A DNA stretch of 64,000 nucleotides, taken from positions 48,856,001 through 48,920,000 of the forward strand of contig OZ336874.1 of the NCBI GenBank assembly GCA_965287045.1, written 5' to 3'. A program made the position numbers and the translations under genes. Positions 38,960 through 51,385 of the stretch are shown one piece after another (the stretch's first letter is position 1; every line of letters starts with the position of its first letter). Origin of the DNA: Carcharhinus amblyrhynchos (lineage: Eukaryota). Under the pieces are notes generated by a model. It was not told the DNA's origin. It searched no databases and worked only from the letters and a program-made list of their open reading frames with translations.

Positions 38960-39440
38960 TTAAGATCAGGAGTAGGTCATGCAGCCCCTCGCAGGCCTGC
39001 CATTCAATTAGATCATGGCTCACTTATTGTGGCTTCAGCTCCACTTTCCATCTTATCCCCTATACCCATTCACTCCCTGTTCAATCAGGAATCTATTTAC
39101 CTCATCCTTAAAAATATCCAACGGCCCTATCTCCACAGCTTTTCAGGAAATAGAATTCCACAAACTCACGGCCCTCAGAGAAAAAATTTGTTCTCATCTC
39201 CCTCTTAAGTGGGAGACCCCTTATTTTTAAACTTTGTCCCCTAGTTCTAGTCTCTCCCACAAGGGAGAACAAACATCCTCTCAGCATCTATCATGTCAAT
39301 TACCCTCACGCTCTTACATGTTCAATAAAATCACCTCGCATACTCCTAAACGCCAAAGGATAGCAGCTCAATCTGTCCAAATTTACCTCATGGGATTAAC
39401 CCTTCACCCCAGAAATCAGTTGAGTGAACCTCCTTTTAGT
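38960..39440 (-). mobile_element. CR1 3' fragment
   Basis: caggagtaggtcatgcagcccctc 3' end. Colinear with 39986-40444. Confidence 0.75.
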
Positions 39441-39519
39441 TGCCATTTACAATGTAGAGGTCATACCAAGGAGTTTAGGTAGTGTTTGTCACAGCACATA
39501 ACACATACTTTCTTTAATT

Positions 39520-40562
39520 ATGTTAGCACTGCTGCCTCACAGCACCAGAGAGCCAGATTCAATTCTAGCCTTGAGTCACAGTCTGTGTGGAGTTTGCGCA
39601 TTCTCCCCATGTCTGTACGGGTTTCCTCCCACTCTCCAAAGAATGTGCAGTTAGGTTATTGGCCAAGCTCAATTGCCCCTTAGTGTCAGGAAGATTAGTG
39701 GGGATAGGGCCTGGGTGGGATTGTTGTCAATGCAGGCTTGATGGGCCGAATGTCCTCTTTCTGCACTGCAGAGATTTTATAATTCTACGATTCTACGATT
39801 GCCGGCTCAGGTCACCGTCTGTGTGGAGTTTGTACATTCTCCTCGTGTCTGCGTGGGTTCCCTCGGGGTACTCTGGTTTCCTCCCACAGTCCAAAGATGT
39901 ACAGGTTAGGTTGATTGGCAATGCTAAGAAATTGCCCCCTAATGTCCAGGGATGCATAGGTTAGAGGGATTAGTGGGTATAATATAAGAACATAAGAACA
40001 TAAGAAATAGGAGCAGGAGTAGGCCATCTGGCCCTTCGAGCCTGCCCCGCCATTCAATAAGATCATGGCTGATCTGTCGTGGCTCAGTTCCACTTTCCCG
40101 CCCTCTCCCCATAACCCTTAATCCCCTCTCTTATCAAAAACCCATCAACCCGCTTCTTAAAAATATTTAGCGAGGCAGCCTCCACCACTTCAACGGGCAG
40201 AGAATTCCAGAGATTCACCACCCTTTGAGTGAAGAAGTTCCTCCTCAACTCCGTTCTGAACCGCCCCCCCTTTATCTTGAGGCTGTGCCCCCTAGTCCTA
40301 CTGTCTTTTTTGAGCGGGAAGAGTCTTTCCACCTCTATCCTATCCATCCCATTCATCATCTTATACGTCTCAATGAGATCTCCCCTCATTCTTCTAAACT
40401 CTAATGAGTACAAGCCTAGTTTATTCAGCCTCTCCTCATAGCTCAATATGTAGGGATATGGGGTTAGGGCCTGGGTGGGATTGTGTTCGGTGCAGAGTCG
40501 ATGGGCCGAAGGGCCTCTTTCTGCACTGTAGGGTTCGAAGTTCTATGTTCTATGATTCTATG
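39520..40562 (+). mobile_element. Tandem type-B SINEs, the second split by a CR1 insertion
   Basis: SINE 39520-39800. Second SINE 39801-39985 resumes at 40450-40562. Confidence 0.8.
39986..40444 (-). mobile_element. Young 5'-truncated CR1 with TSD AATAT
   Basis: Uninterrupted ORF SYEERLNKLGLYSLEFRRMRGDLIETYK..., (aagaacat)n tail, AATAT at 39981-39985 and 40445-40449. Confidence 0.92.
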
Positions 40563-41707
40563 TTTTCCTCCTCACTGATGATATTCCCCCAAAGCTGAGG
40601 CTCTGCACACAAAACAGTGAATAATGCAAGTTGTGGCTGGAAACACTGCAGCAAAGCTGGTAAACACAACAGCACCAAGATATATTGATTGTTCAGACAA
40701 ACAGATTTGAAATTATGTACTTGCTTCTGATTAATAGAATAGATTAACTTTTGCAAGAGTTTTGTTACATGAGTGCATTTAATCTAGTTGAACTAAGATT
40801 TCCAAGAAGTAGCAAAAATTATGAAACGCCTTTCAATATTGCAATCAGGCAATGAGACATGGAGTGACAGAGTTAATTGATGGAATTAATTGGTGCATTT
40901 TTTCAAATAGTGCTACAGAATAATTAAAAACATTGATTTCTGCTCATACACTGTCTTCTGAGGAAATCAGATTAAAATGGAGACTTCTGATAGGAATAAA
41001 ATATCAACATTCTAAAATTTAACTTTGTAACAGATGTCCAAACTCCTGCTTTGTCTAAAATCAAATATTCACCAGAATTCATAATATTAGAAAATAAGCA
41101 CATTGAACTTCAATTCATCCAGTTTTAAGTTTCAGCCAGCATTGTGCATCATTCCCTAAACACAAAATGCTGCCAATCTTCTTCCATTGAGGCTCTTGTA
41201 TGAATACTTCTAAATAAACAGGAACAGCTGCGCTGATTTTCTCTTTATCTGAGGAAGTTATACTCCAACTTCAGGTTTGGCATCAGAGTCCATTCTGATT
41301 CACCACCCACTGCTTTATAAAACTGCCCGGTTTTCAATTAAGCTGCTCGAATAGGAAATAAAAAAAATGCAGCTGGTTTAAACATTGCCTGTTTGGGAGC
41401 TGATCTGCTCTATACTTGCAGCTGCCAAGTGCTGGGTGCAAGCCTTTGCTACAGTTCTGCTGCAGCCATTCTATCAAAGGTGCATTCTGTTAACTAATTT
41501 GGCCGCAAAGTAGAAAATTAACATGGCCATCGCCTCAGAAGAAAGGTTTACTCTAAATTTACAAATGGACAAATAATTTCCCTGTGCAGTCAATTGCAAA
41601 TGGCTGTTCTGTTTTTACCTTCCTCCCCTGTATCTATGTCGAACATTATTGCACTTAAACATTTTGATTTGATTAGATTTGATTTATTATTGTCACATGT
41701 ATTAACA

Positions 41708-42359
41708 GGATGTGGAGATGCTGGCATTGGACTGGGGTAAACACAGTAAGAAGTCTCACAACATCAGGTTAAAGTCCAGCAGATTTATTTGGTAGCAAAA
41801 GCCACGAGCTTTCAGAGTGCTGCTCCTTCATCAGGTAAGTGGGAGTTCTGTTCACAAATAGGGCATATAAAGACTCAATTTACAAGATAATGGTTGGAAT
41901 GCGAATCTTTATAGGTAATCAAATCTTAAAGGTACAGACAATGTGAGTGGTGAGAGGGTTACGCACAGGTTAAAGAGATGTGTATTGTCTCCAGACAGGA
42001 CAGTTAGTGAGATTTTGCAAGCCCAGGCAAATCGTGGGGGTTACAGATAGTGTGACATGAACCCAAGATCTCGGTTGAGGCCGTCCTCATATGTGCGGAA
42101 CTTGGCTATCAGTCTCTGCTCAGCAACTCTGTGTTGTCGCGTGTTGTGAAGGCTGCCTTGGAGAACGCTTACCCGAAGATCAGAGGCTGAATGCCCGTGA
42201 CCGCTGAAGTGTTCCCTGACAGGAAGAGAACACTCATGCCTGATGATTGTTGAGCAGTATTTATTCATCCGTTGTCGTAGAGTCTGCATGGTTTCCCCAA
42301 TGTACCATGCCTCGGGACATCCTTTCCTGCAGCGTATCAGGTAGACAACGTTGACCGAG
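41708..42359 (-). mobile_element. Penelope-like element 3' fragment with TSD ATGTATTAACA
   Basis: GIY-YIG C-terminal ORF 42041-42289, pLTR with hammerhead, 11-bp duplication at 41697-41707 and 42360-42370. Confidence 0.9.
41801..41838 (-). ncRNA. Minimal type I hammerhead ribozyme (PLE-associated)
   Basis: Minus strand uuac-CUGAUGA-a-GGAG-cagca-CUCU-GAAA-gcU-C-gugg. Catalytic core intact. Confidence 0.7.
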
Positions 42360-45300
42360 ATGTATTAACATACAGCGAAAAGTGTTGTTTCTTCCGTGCT
42401 ATACAGTCAAAGCATACTGTTCATACAGAAAGAAAGGAGAGAGTGTAAATGTAGTGTTACAGTCATAGCTAGGGTGTAGAGAAAGATCAACTTAGTGTCA
42501 GTTAGGTTCATTCAACAGTTTGATAGCAGCAGGGAAGAAGCTGTTCTTGAGTCAATTGGTACCTGTCCTCAAACCTTTGTATCTTTTTCCTTGGAAGAAG
42601 GTGGAAGAGAGAATGTCCGGGATTTGTGGGGCCCGTAATTATGCTGGCTGCTTTTCTGAGGCAGCAGGAAGTGTAGACAGAATTAATGAATGGGAGGCTG
42701 GTCTGTGTGGTGGACTGGGCTTCGTACATGACTCTTTGTAGTTTCTTGCAATCTTGGGAAGAGTAGAAGCCATACCAAGCTGTAATACAACCAGAAAGAA
42801 TGCTTTCTATGGTGCATCTGTAAAAGTTGGTGAGAATCGTAGCTGACATGCCAAATTTCCTTAGTCTTCTGAGAAAATAGAGGCGTTGGTGGGCTTTTTT
42901 ATCAATAGTGTCGGCCTGAGGGGACCAGTCTGGGTTGTTGGTGATCTAGACACGTAAAAACTTGAAAGTCTCGACCATTTCTACTTCATCCTCATTCATG
43001 TAGACAGGGGCATGTTCTCCACTATGCATCCTGAAGTCGATGACTATCTCTTTGGTTTTGTTGACATTGAGGGAGACATTGAGGGAAACATGTTGAACTT
43101 AATTTGTGGCAATGGCAATGCTAAATATTCTCTATTTTCTTTTACAAGGACACTCATTAGATGGTACAAAATATTGTCTGATATGCTGACAACGTAAAAT
43201 GAGGTCAAAGGCATTTGATGGAATGCTTTTTCTGCTCTTTGACCCCATTTCCATTTCTCTGATCTCTGCAATACCATAACAATAATTTACTATGCAGAGA
43301 TATCAGATTTTGTTCATAGCTTGTTCATCCCATAATTGAGATGTTTCTTTACTTGGCTTTATGCTGAAGATTGTCAATGCCAGAGACACAGTGAGGTGAT
43401 TCCTGTCTCTTTACCATCCTATTTGTATTCAAAAATGGGGCAAAAGCAGATAGTAAAATAAGATATTTGTTTCTTCTGCCCACTGACCGCTTTTTATTAT
43501 TTGAAATTTAGGTTTTCCCCAGAACTTTAATCTGCTAGTCAAAGTCTCCATGAATCATGGATAAGTAATGTCATCCCGATGCTGCCATTTTCCAACCTCA
43601 CCATCTGACTGAATCTCCTGTTCTCATCCACCAATTACAGCGGCTACAAGTCCTGACATGGCCATTTAAAAGGCTATTTATCAGGATTTTCAGCTGCTTG
43701 CAGAGATTATTGGATAGATCTTTTTGAGAGAATATTCTTGTGGGATTTTGTTTGTGGGATTTTTGAATGTAAAATAGTTTAGAAGTGTTTGTAGCTGCTA
43801 GCAAAGGTCCTGAACTGTTGAGGAAATCTTCAATGGCAACCCTTTCTTGATAGTTCTTCAAAACACTGTGGGGCTCTAACTTCCATGGTGGTGCATCATG
43901 CCAATGATTTCTGATTGTCAGCACGTGAAATGAAATCTGTCATTACATACCAGGATAGTCAAATCGTTAGGGAGTTAATGGTGTCACCTTGGGTTGATCT
44001 CATACACTTCTTAGTGATCTGCTCACTGTGGTCATTGGCAGGGAAATGTTGAAGGATAGTCACCTAACCACCCTTTCACTCAGGAAACAATGTGTCACAG
44101 GGAGGCAGAACAAAACAGAGGGTGAATAAGATGATCAGTGGGTGCAGAAATGATTCAAAATTGCAAAACGGGGTTCTCTTGCTGAAAAATGTTTCCGAAG
44201 CTTCGCTTTATTTTCTAGTCTTTCTCTTCGACACCTGTTCGGTGGCAGCAGATACAAGTGGGGAAAAAAATAAATCCAAACATTTTGGCGTGAACTCCCA
44301 GCTGGAATACTGTGGCCCACCTTCAGATGTTAACATTCTGAGAATGGTTCTAAAATAACAAATGGAGTGAGAGTAATGGCCCAGATTACTAAATGTAAAA
44401 TGCCTCTTTTCCTGTCAAAATGCTTTGTTGAGGACGTGCCCAAAGATTGAGCCTCAGGCGAAGAGACTGCATGTTCAGATTCAGTGTTAGGTCGTAATGA
44501 ATGTATTTTAGAGAATATTATTTGTCATAATCCTCTTGTTTCTGACAAATTTGAATGTGATACGCAGGTTTAGAAAAAAAATCCTTTTTATATACATAAA
44601 TCATTTTGGAATTTATACCAAAACATGTACAGTTTTAAACTGTTTAATTATTTAAAAAAATACATGTTTTAGTTACTCTGTGCAGAAAGATTGAAGATTA
44701 TGTAAATGAGTTCTAGGAGCTGAGGGCCAGTATTATCAGTGCAATTAGGATGGAATCAACCAAACCAATGCCAAAGACCAGGATATTTTAAACTTGAAAT
44801 GAGTGTTACTAAAATGACTCATACTTATGTTTTCTGTGATGTATTCTGTTGGTTCAAGATTCAGTTCACCTGGATCAGAGCTTATGCACAATTCTGGACA
44901 TGCACCCAGGTCAACATTGCAAGGTGCCATTACATGTGCTTTCTCATGTCAAAAACAATTGAATTTACTAAGAAACTGACTATTGTACACCTGACCACAC
45001 CAATAAAATGATTCAGCGTTGATTTTTTAAAGCCGTTTTCTATAATTATAAAACAGATTTCTCATAGGTGAATATTTTCTTCGATTCATTCATTTGATGT
45101 GGGTGTCACTGTCAGGGCCAACATTTATTATCCATCCCTAATTGCCCCTGAATTGAGTGGCTTGCTACACCATTTCAGAATCAACCACATTGCTGTGGAT
45201 CTGGAGTCACATGTAGGTCAGATCAGATAAGGACAGCAGATTTCCTTCCCTTGAGGGGCATTAGTGATGGGTTTTTACAATCATCAACAGTAGTTCCATG

Positions 45301-45514
45301 GTCATCATTAGACTTTTAATTCCAGGTTTTTATCAAATTAAAATTGCATCACCATGGTGGGATTCAAACCTGGATCCCCAGAGCATTACTCTGCGTCTCT
45401 GGATTATTATTCCAGCACCAATACCACTATGTGTCCATCAGTTTACTGTGAGCAAGAATTAAAACCTGCACTATTGCTACAGAGCTCTAAGTTGAATTAT
45501 TCCTGCTGATTCTA

Positions 45515-46390
45515 TCATAGAATTGTTACAACACAGGAGGTAATTTGGCCCATCATGTCTGCACCAGCTCTCGGTAGGAACAACTTATCTAATGCCATTT
45601 CCCTGCCTTCTCCCCATAGCCCAACACATTCTTCCTTTTTAGATAACTATCCAAATCCCTCTTGAATGCTTCGGTTGAAGCTGCCTCCACCACACTCTCA
45701 GACATTTGCTTTCCAGATCCCATTGTGGGAAGAAGTTTCTCCTCGTGTCTCCATTGTTTCTTTTGTTGATTACCTGAAATCTGTGCCCTCTCATTTTCAA
45801 TCCTTCTACCAATGGGAACAGTTTTTCCCTTTCTACTCTGTCCCGAGTCCTCATGATTTTGAATACTTCGATCAGATTTTGTCCTAAACTTCTCTTTTCC
45901 AGAATAAACAGTCCCAACTTCTCCAATCGTAATTGAAGTTCCCCATCCCTAAGACCATTCTGGTGCATCTCCCTAATGCCTTCACATCTTTCTCAATGTG
46001 GGGCATCCAGAACTGGATGGAATGCTTCAATCGAGGCCAAACTAATGTTTTATACAAATTTAACATAATTTCTTAGCTTTATACTCTATGCCCTTATTAA
46101 TAAAACCTAGAATATTGTTTGCTTTACTGACTGCACTCTCAACCTGTCACTTTCAATGACTTAAGCACATGTACACCCAGGTTGCTCTGCTCCTGCACTC
46201 CTTTTTTTAGGGTTATACCTTTCATTTTATGCTGTCTCTCCATGTTCTTCCTCCCAAAAGGAATCCACCCTTTTCTGTGTTAAATTCCATCTGCCACTTG
46301 TCTGACCATTCCATTAGATTGTCCATGTCCTTTTGAAGTTTTACACTACCCTCCTCACTGTTTACAATGCTTCCAAATTTTGTGTCAGTT
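45515..46390 (-). mobile_element. CR1 LINE fragment
   Basis: ORFs 45639-45968, 45884-46066 and 46222-46464 are frameshifted CR1 RT/C-terminal pieces (LYKTLVWPRLKHSIQFW). Confidence 0.88.
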
Positions 46391-47914
46391 GAAAAGTCTC
46401 TGGTGGAGTCCACAAATGAATCCTGGTCTACTGAATGATTGTACGTGTTTCCAATGCACGCCACTGGAACTTTGAGTTTTAATTTGAAACGTGTGGGTGC
46501 TGGCTCCCAACGTGAAAGTGGAAATGGCTTCCAGTTTCGCTGTCAGGAGCAATGCACCATTGTTTAAATATCACCCAAGTGTGGTCGAAGTTTGGAATCC
46601 TCTTCTGCTATCAGCAGTTGATGCTAGATCATTTTAACCCTGAGACTGATAGATTTTTGTTACCAAAAATATGAAGAGATATGGAGGGAAAGATTGGAAT
46701 TAGTTTTCTCCTACTTGTGAGATTTCTTGAAATATTCCTTTATTCCATAGGTGTGGTACAAATGTAGGTTGTTGTTGCAAAACTAAATATAAAGCCCCAA
46801 AAGACTCATCTTTTAAGAAGTGGAAAAGGATTCCCAACTGCTTTAAGGGTAAGCCAAATGACAAGAAAATCTGTGCTATGTTTTGCCCTTATATTCTCCA
46901 TGAGGGTTGTATGTGGAAATGATGAACATGATTAGACAAGCAATATTCCTTTGTTTAGAAATGGGTTGAATGGATTGCTTAATTCAAAACTTTAAAGTTT
47001 TCAGGCTTTTCTCTGTCCTTGATATATTGTGAGAATAATAATCCTCAGTCAAAAACCCTGCCTTTTTTTTTTAAATGTCAAGATTGGTGCATACACAACC
47101 ATTCTGGTTGCCAAATTTCAATCAGAGCATTTACAGTGACTGCCAGTGTGGGATGTTGGAAGAAGCATTTAATTTACAGTTTAGCAGACTTGCTGAAACA
47201 ATACCTGTCCTGTGTCCTCACAGTTTTGACTGCAGCACTAGCGTCAATAATGTCATCATTTATTTGCAGAGACATATTGAGTCATGCCCTGTCAAAAATC
47301 AATGTCTTAAACACTACTTGGAGCCAAGAAATATGCTACAATAATTGTAGACATCTAAACACATCACTAAAAAGTGGCAGATACTACTCCATCCATGAAG
47401 GAAAAGATCCGTGCTAAAAATATTACTTGTAAAATAATGCCAATTGACAACACTTTCATTTTCACAACAGTTGGTGGACAATAAGAAGGTTTAACTAGAT
47501 AGGAAAACTTGATTTGGATCCCTGGTCCTGTTCAGTTTCTGTTCACTAAACCACAAATCCTCAATACAATGCTACCCATTTTAATGTTTTATGAAATGTG
47601 AGCTGACAAGGCCAGCATTGTTATCTATTCCTAATTGCCCTTAAGAAGGTGGTGGAGCCAGTTTCTTGAACTCCTCTATTGCATGTGCTGTAGGTATACC
47701 AACCACGCTTGTTAGGAAGGGAGTTCCTGGGTTTTGGTCCAGCAACAGTGATATATTTTCTAAGCCAGAGAGATGAGTGACTTGGAGGGAGACTTGTAGA
47801 TGGTGCTGTTCCTGTGCATTTGCAGCCCTGTAGTAAAGCTTGCAGGTTTGGAAGGTGCTTTGAAGAAGCCTTGCCAAATCAGTGAAACAGGCTGCTTTAT
47901 TCTGGATGATGTTG

Positions 47915-48188
47915 AACATAGAACATAGAACATTACAGCGCGGAACAGGCCCTTCGGCCCACAATGTTGCGCCGACCAGTCTTATTTTTAAAAAAAAACA
48001 TTGACCCACTAATCTAAACCACTCCTTTTTCGTCCATAAACCTATCCACCAATCTCTTAAATGCCCCCAAACTAGGCGCATTTACAACTGCAGCAGGCAG
48101 GGCATTCCAGTCCCTCACCACCCTCTGGGTAAAGAACCTGCCCCTGACATCCGTCCTATAACTACCCCCCCTTAATTTAAAGCCATGC
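47915..48188 (-). mobile_element. Short young CR1 3' fragment nested in an older LINE
   Basis: Closely matches 54071-54342. Host LINE is continuous on both sides. Confidence 0.88.
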
Positions 48189-48559
48189 TAATGAGTTTGT
48201 TCAGTGTTGTTGGGGCCACATTCATCCAGTCAAGTGGAGAATATTCCATTACACTCCTGACTTCTGCCTTGTAGATGGTGAAAAACACAAATATTGAAGA
48301 TAGCAAATGGTTGGAAATTAATTACAAGACTGTTATTGCAGTCAATTTTATGTTGTCATAAATGCTTATGGATTCCTTCAGAATGCTGATAGGATTATCA
48401 CTTTAAACTAATTGTCTAATATTTGCTGCACTTTGACACACTTGGTCTGGACTTTTGATTGGGTTGTGCTATTGTGCGCACTTCACCTGAAATCACTTGC
48501 CTGAACAGATGCTAATTATCGAAGCAGGAAACTGAGCTAGACTGACCCATTACAACTCT

Positions 48560-51385
48560 ATATAGGAAAGGGACTTTTAATGGGCATGATCAGTAAGAGG
48601 CGTGTGGTCAGTGAGGGAAGATTTCGGCCTGAGTGAGAGAGAGACCAAGTGAGCACATTTGGGAATCAAAGTGGGAATGTGACACATGGGGGGAAAAAGA
48701 TGCTTTAGGTCAGGTTTACTGCCAGTAGTGAAGTGTGGTGAGTGGGGAGTTTGGTGAAAGGTGGGGAGGAAGTGTTATTTCTCTTCTCCTTTTCAGCCTG
48801 CAGTACTTAATTTCCATGTTCGTGCAGTGGAATGGGCAGGTTAATCAGTAACTGTTATTATTATAAACTGTATGTTTTATCAGTGTTGTAATGTTCAATG
48901 GCAGTGTCAAAAGCTATTGGGTGGTATAAGATTTATTAATTATAAGTTGATTATCAACAATTACTAATTAATTAACACATCTTGGAGATGACAGGACAAA
49001 TGATCTACTGCTATTGCAGGATGTGGGAGCTTCTGGGACTGATGCAATCCAATAAGTGTTTGTGGCTGCAGGAACTTCAGCTCCAAGTTACTGAGCTGGA
49101 GGCCGTGCTGCAAACACTATAGCACATCCAATGAGAGGGAAGTTATCTGGACACTTTGTTCCAGGAGGTGACTGCACCCCTTAGGATAGGGTCTTCTGAT
49201 TTGGTAAGTGGTCAAGAACAGGAGCGTGTGATGGTTAGTGAGGTAGGTAAGAGGACACAGAGGGCAGGGGCCTTATCTCTTACAATTGTCTAACAGTGTT
49301 GAGGTTTTTCAGCTTGTTTGGATGACAGTGGCGTAGCAGGGTGGATGACCTAACTGGCCATGGTACAGGAAGCCATTCAAGCAGGGGAAGTTATTAGGAG
49401 TGTAGTGGTAGTAGGTGGCAATATAATTGGAGAGATTGACAACATTCTCTGCAGCAAACGTGAGTCCAGATGACTATGTTGCCTGCTGGAGAGAGACTTA
49501 CAGTGGGAGGGGGATGTTGTGGTCCATGTAGGTACAAATGACATGGGCTGGACAAAGAAGGAGGTTCTGCATAGACAGTATGAGGAGCTAGACATCAAAT
49601 TAAGAAGCGGAACCTCAAAGGTCATAATCTCTGGATCGTTACCTGAGTCACATGCAAATTGGTGTGGTGTTATAATGTAGGTCATAAACTCCAAAGTGTT
49701 TTATGAAGTGCACCTGGATCTTAAGTTTCGCAATTTGAATTTGACTAGTGTAAGCATGATGTATTTCAAATGACCCACAAGGGAGCTTTTATCAAACAAA
49801 GTTTATTTAAGATTACAGTTAACATATAGCAATAACTTTTACTCATTACAAGCAAGAAAAAAAGCAATGAGATTGTATAAACTTTAACAACTATATCAAA
49901 TGTTTCAACCAAACAAACCTTAAAATATACTGCTGCCACAGACTTAAAACAGAAAATATGAATGCTCACGTGGTGTTGGAACTTAATCCTTTGGTTGGAA
50001 AATTGAAACTCTGACTTCCTTTATAACGTCCAGCAGACCTCTAGTTTTTCTCAGCAAACCACTTAAAGAGACAGAGACACTTTAGTTACTAGCTAGCAAA
50101 CCACCAAAAGCAGAATTTTCACTCCAGGAACACAAAGAAGACCTGCTTCCAGCTAGTCAGCAGAATTTAAAATACCAGGGTGTGAGAGAGAGAAAACCTG
50201 CCTGCAACTTGAAAACCAGGACAGCTTTTGACTCTGAACCAAAACTGATAATGAATCCTTGGTTTATGCTGTGGAGGAACCACCTGACTTTGACTTGTCA
50301 ATCAATCTTCCCCCAATAATTCAAAAGGTCGTAAAACCCCATTTAAACCATTGAAGCATCAATAGAAGGACTGCTAAGCATACGGTGGCACGATGAAAAG
50401 GAAAACTGCTTACAATCTGCTGAGAACATGATTTAAAAGAATATTCTTAAAAGCACACTAGCATCACAATAGGACTAATGAGATTAGAGAGATGAATATG
50501 TGGCTCAAAACTGGTGTGGGAGAAGTGGGTTCTAGTTTGCGAATACTGAGGGAAGTGGGATATGTGCCATTGAGAAGGCCTATACCTGAACCATGCTAGG
50601 ACCACTGTTCTTGTGAACCACATAACTAGGGAAGTAGAGAGGGCTTTAAGTAGCAGAGGCAAGGGAGCAAATTTGGGAAGATGTCATAAATCAAACAGTA
50701 GGGACAAGGTAAAAGAGAATCACGGGAAATTAAAAACAGACCACGACAGGGATGGATAGAGAGTGCAAATCTAACAGTAAATCAACATATGAGATTAGAT
50801 ATTACAAAAAGAATAAGAGGATAAAACTAAAAACTTTGAAAGCACAAGGCATTCAAAATAAAACAGATGAACTGAGAGTGCACATGGAAATAACATAAGT
50901 ACGATTTGGTATTGTAGAGAATGGCTGAAAGATGAATATTGTAGGATACAGGACATTTAGAAAGGAGATGAAGCAAGGAAAAGCTGGAGGGTTGGATCTC
51001 TTAATTAATTATGGTATTGGTACAATAGAGAGGATTTGCCTAAATTCAGGAAACCAGGTGTAGAAATGGTTTGGGATAAAGATGAGAAATGGTAAAAGCG
51101 AGAAGTCATTTGTGGGAATTATGTACAGACCCCTTAAAAGTGACCACTTGATAGGAGAGAGTGTAAAGGAAGAAATAATGGGAGCTTGTTAGAAAGGCAC
51201 AGTGATAATGAGGGGCGATTTTAATCTACATACTGGAAAAGTCAGATGAGCAACAGTCAACTAAATGAGGAGCTAATTGAATGTTTCCAGGATAGTTTCT
51301 TAGAACAGCAGGCTATGCTAGGCCTGGTATTGTGCAACAAAATGGGATTAATTGATAATCTGTTAATGAGGGCAGCCTTAAGGAG
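48560..51385 (+). mobile_element. Old CR1 5' half (5'UTR, ORF1 zinc finger/esterase, ORF2 AP-endonuclease remnant)
   Basis: CYCRMWELL..KCLWLQELQLQVTELEAVLQTL, VVHVGTNDMG, GIMYRPLK and IMRGDFNLH, with many stops. Confidence 0.8.
49663..50468. mobile_element. Probable solo LTR inserted in CR1 ORF1
   Basis: Termini TGTGGTG...CATCACA. CR1 ORF1 stops at HANW and resumes with EIREMNMWLK. Confidence 0.65.

Larger units (their letters stand above)
41662..43072 (-). mobile_element. Rex1/Babar-type LINE 3' portion hosting the Penelope insertion
   Basis: (gattt)n tail at 41662-41690. ORF 42508-42849 LTNFYRCTIESILSGCITAWYG. Confidence 0.85.
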
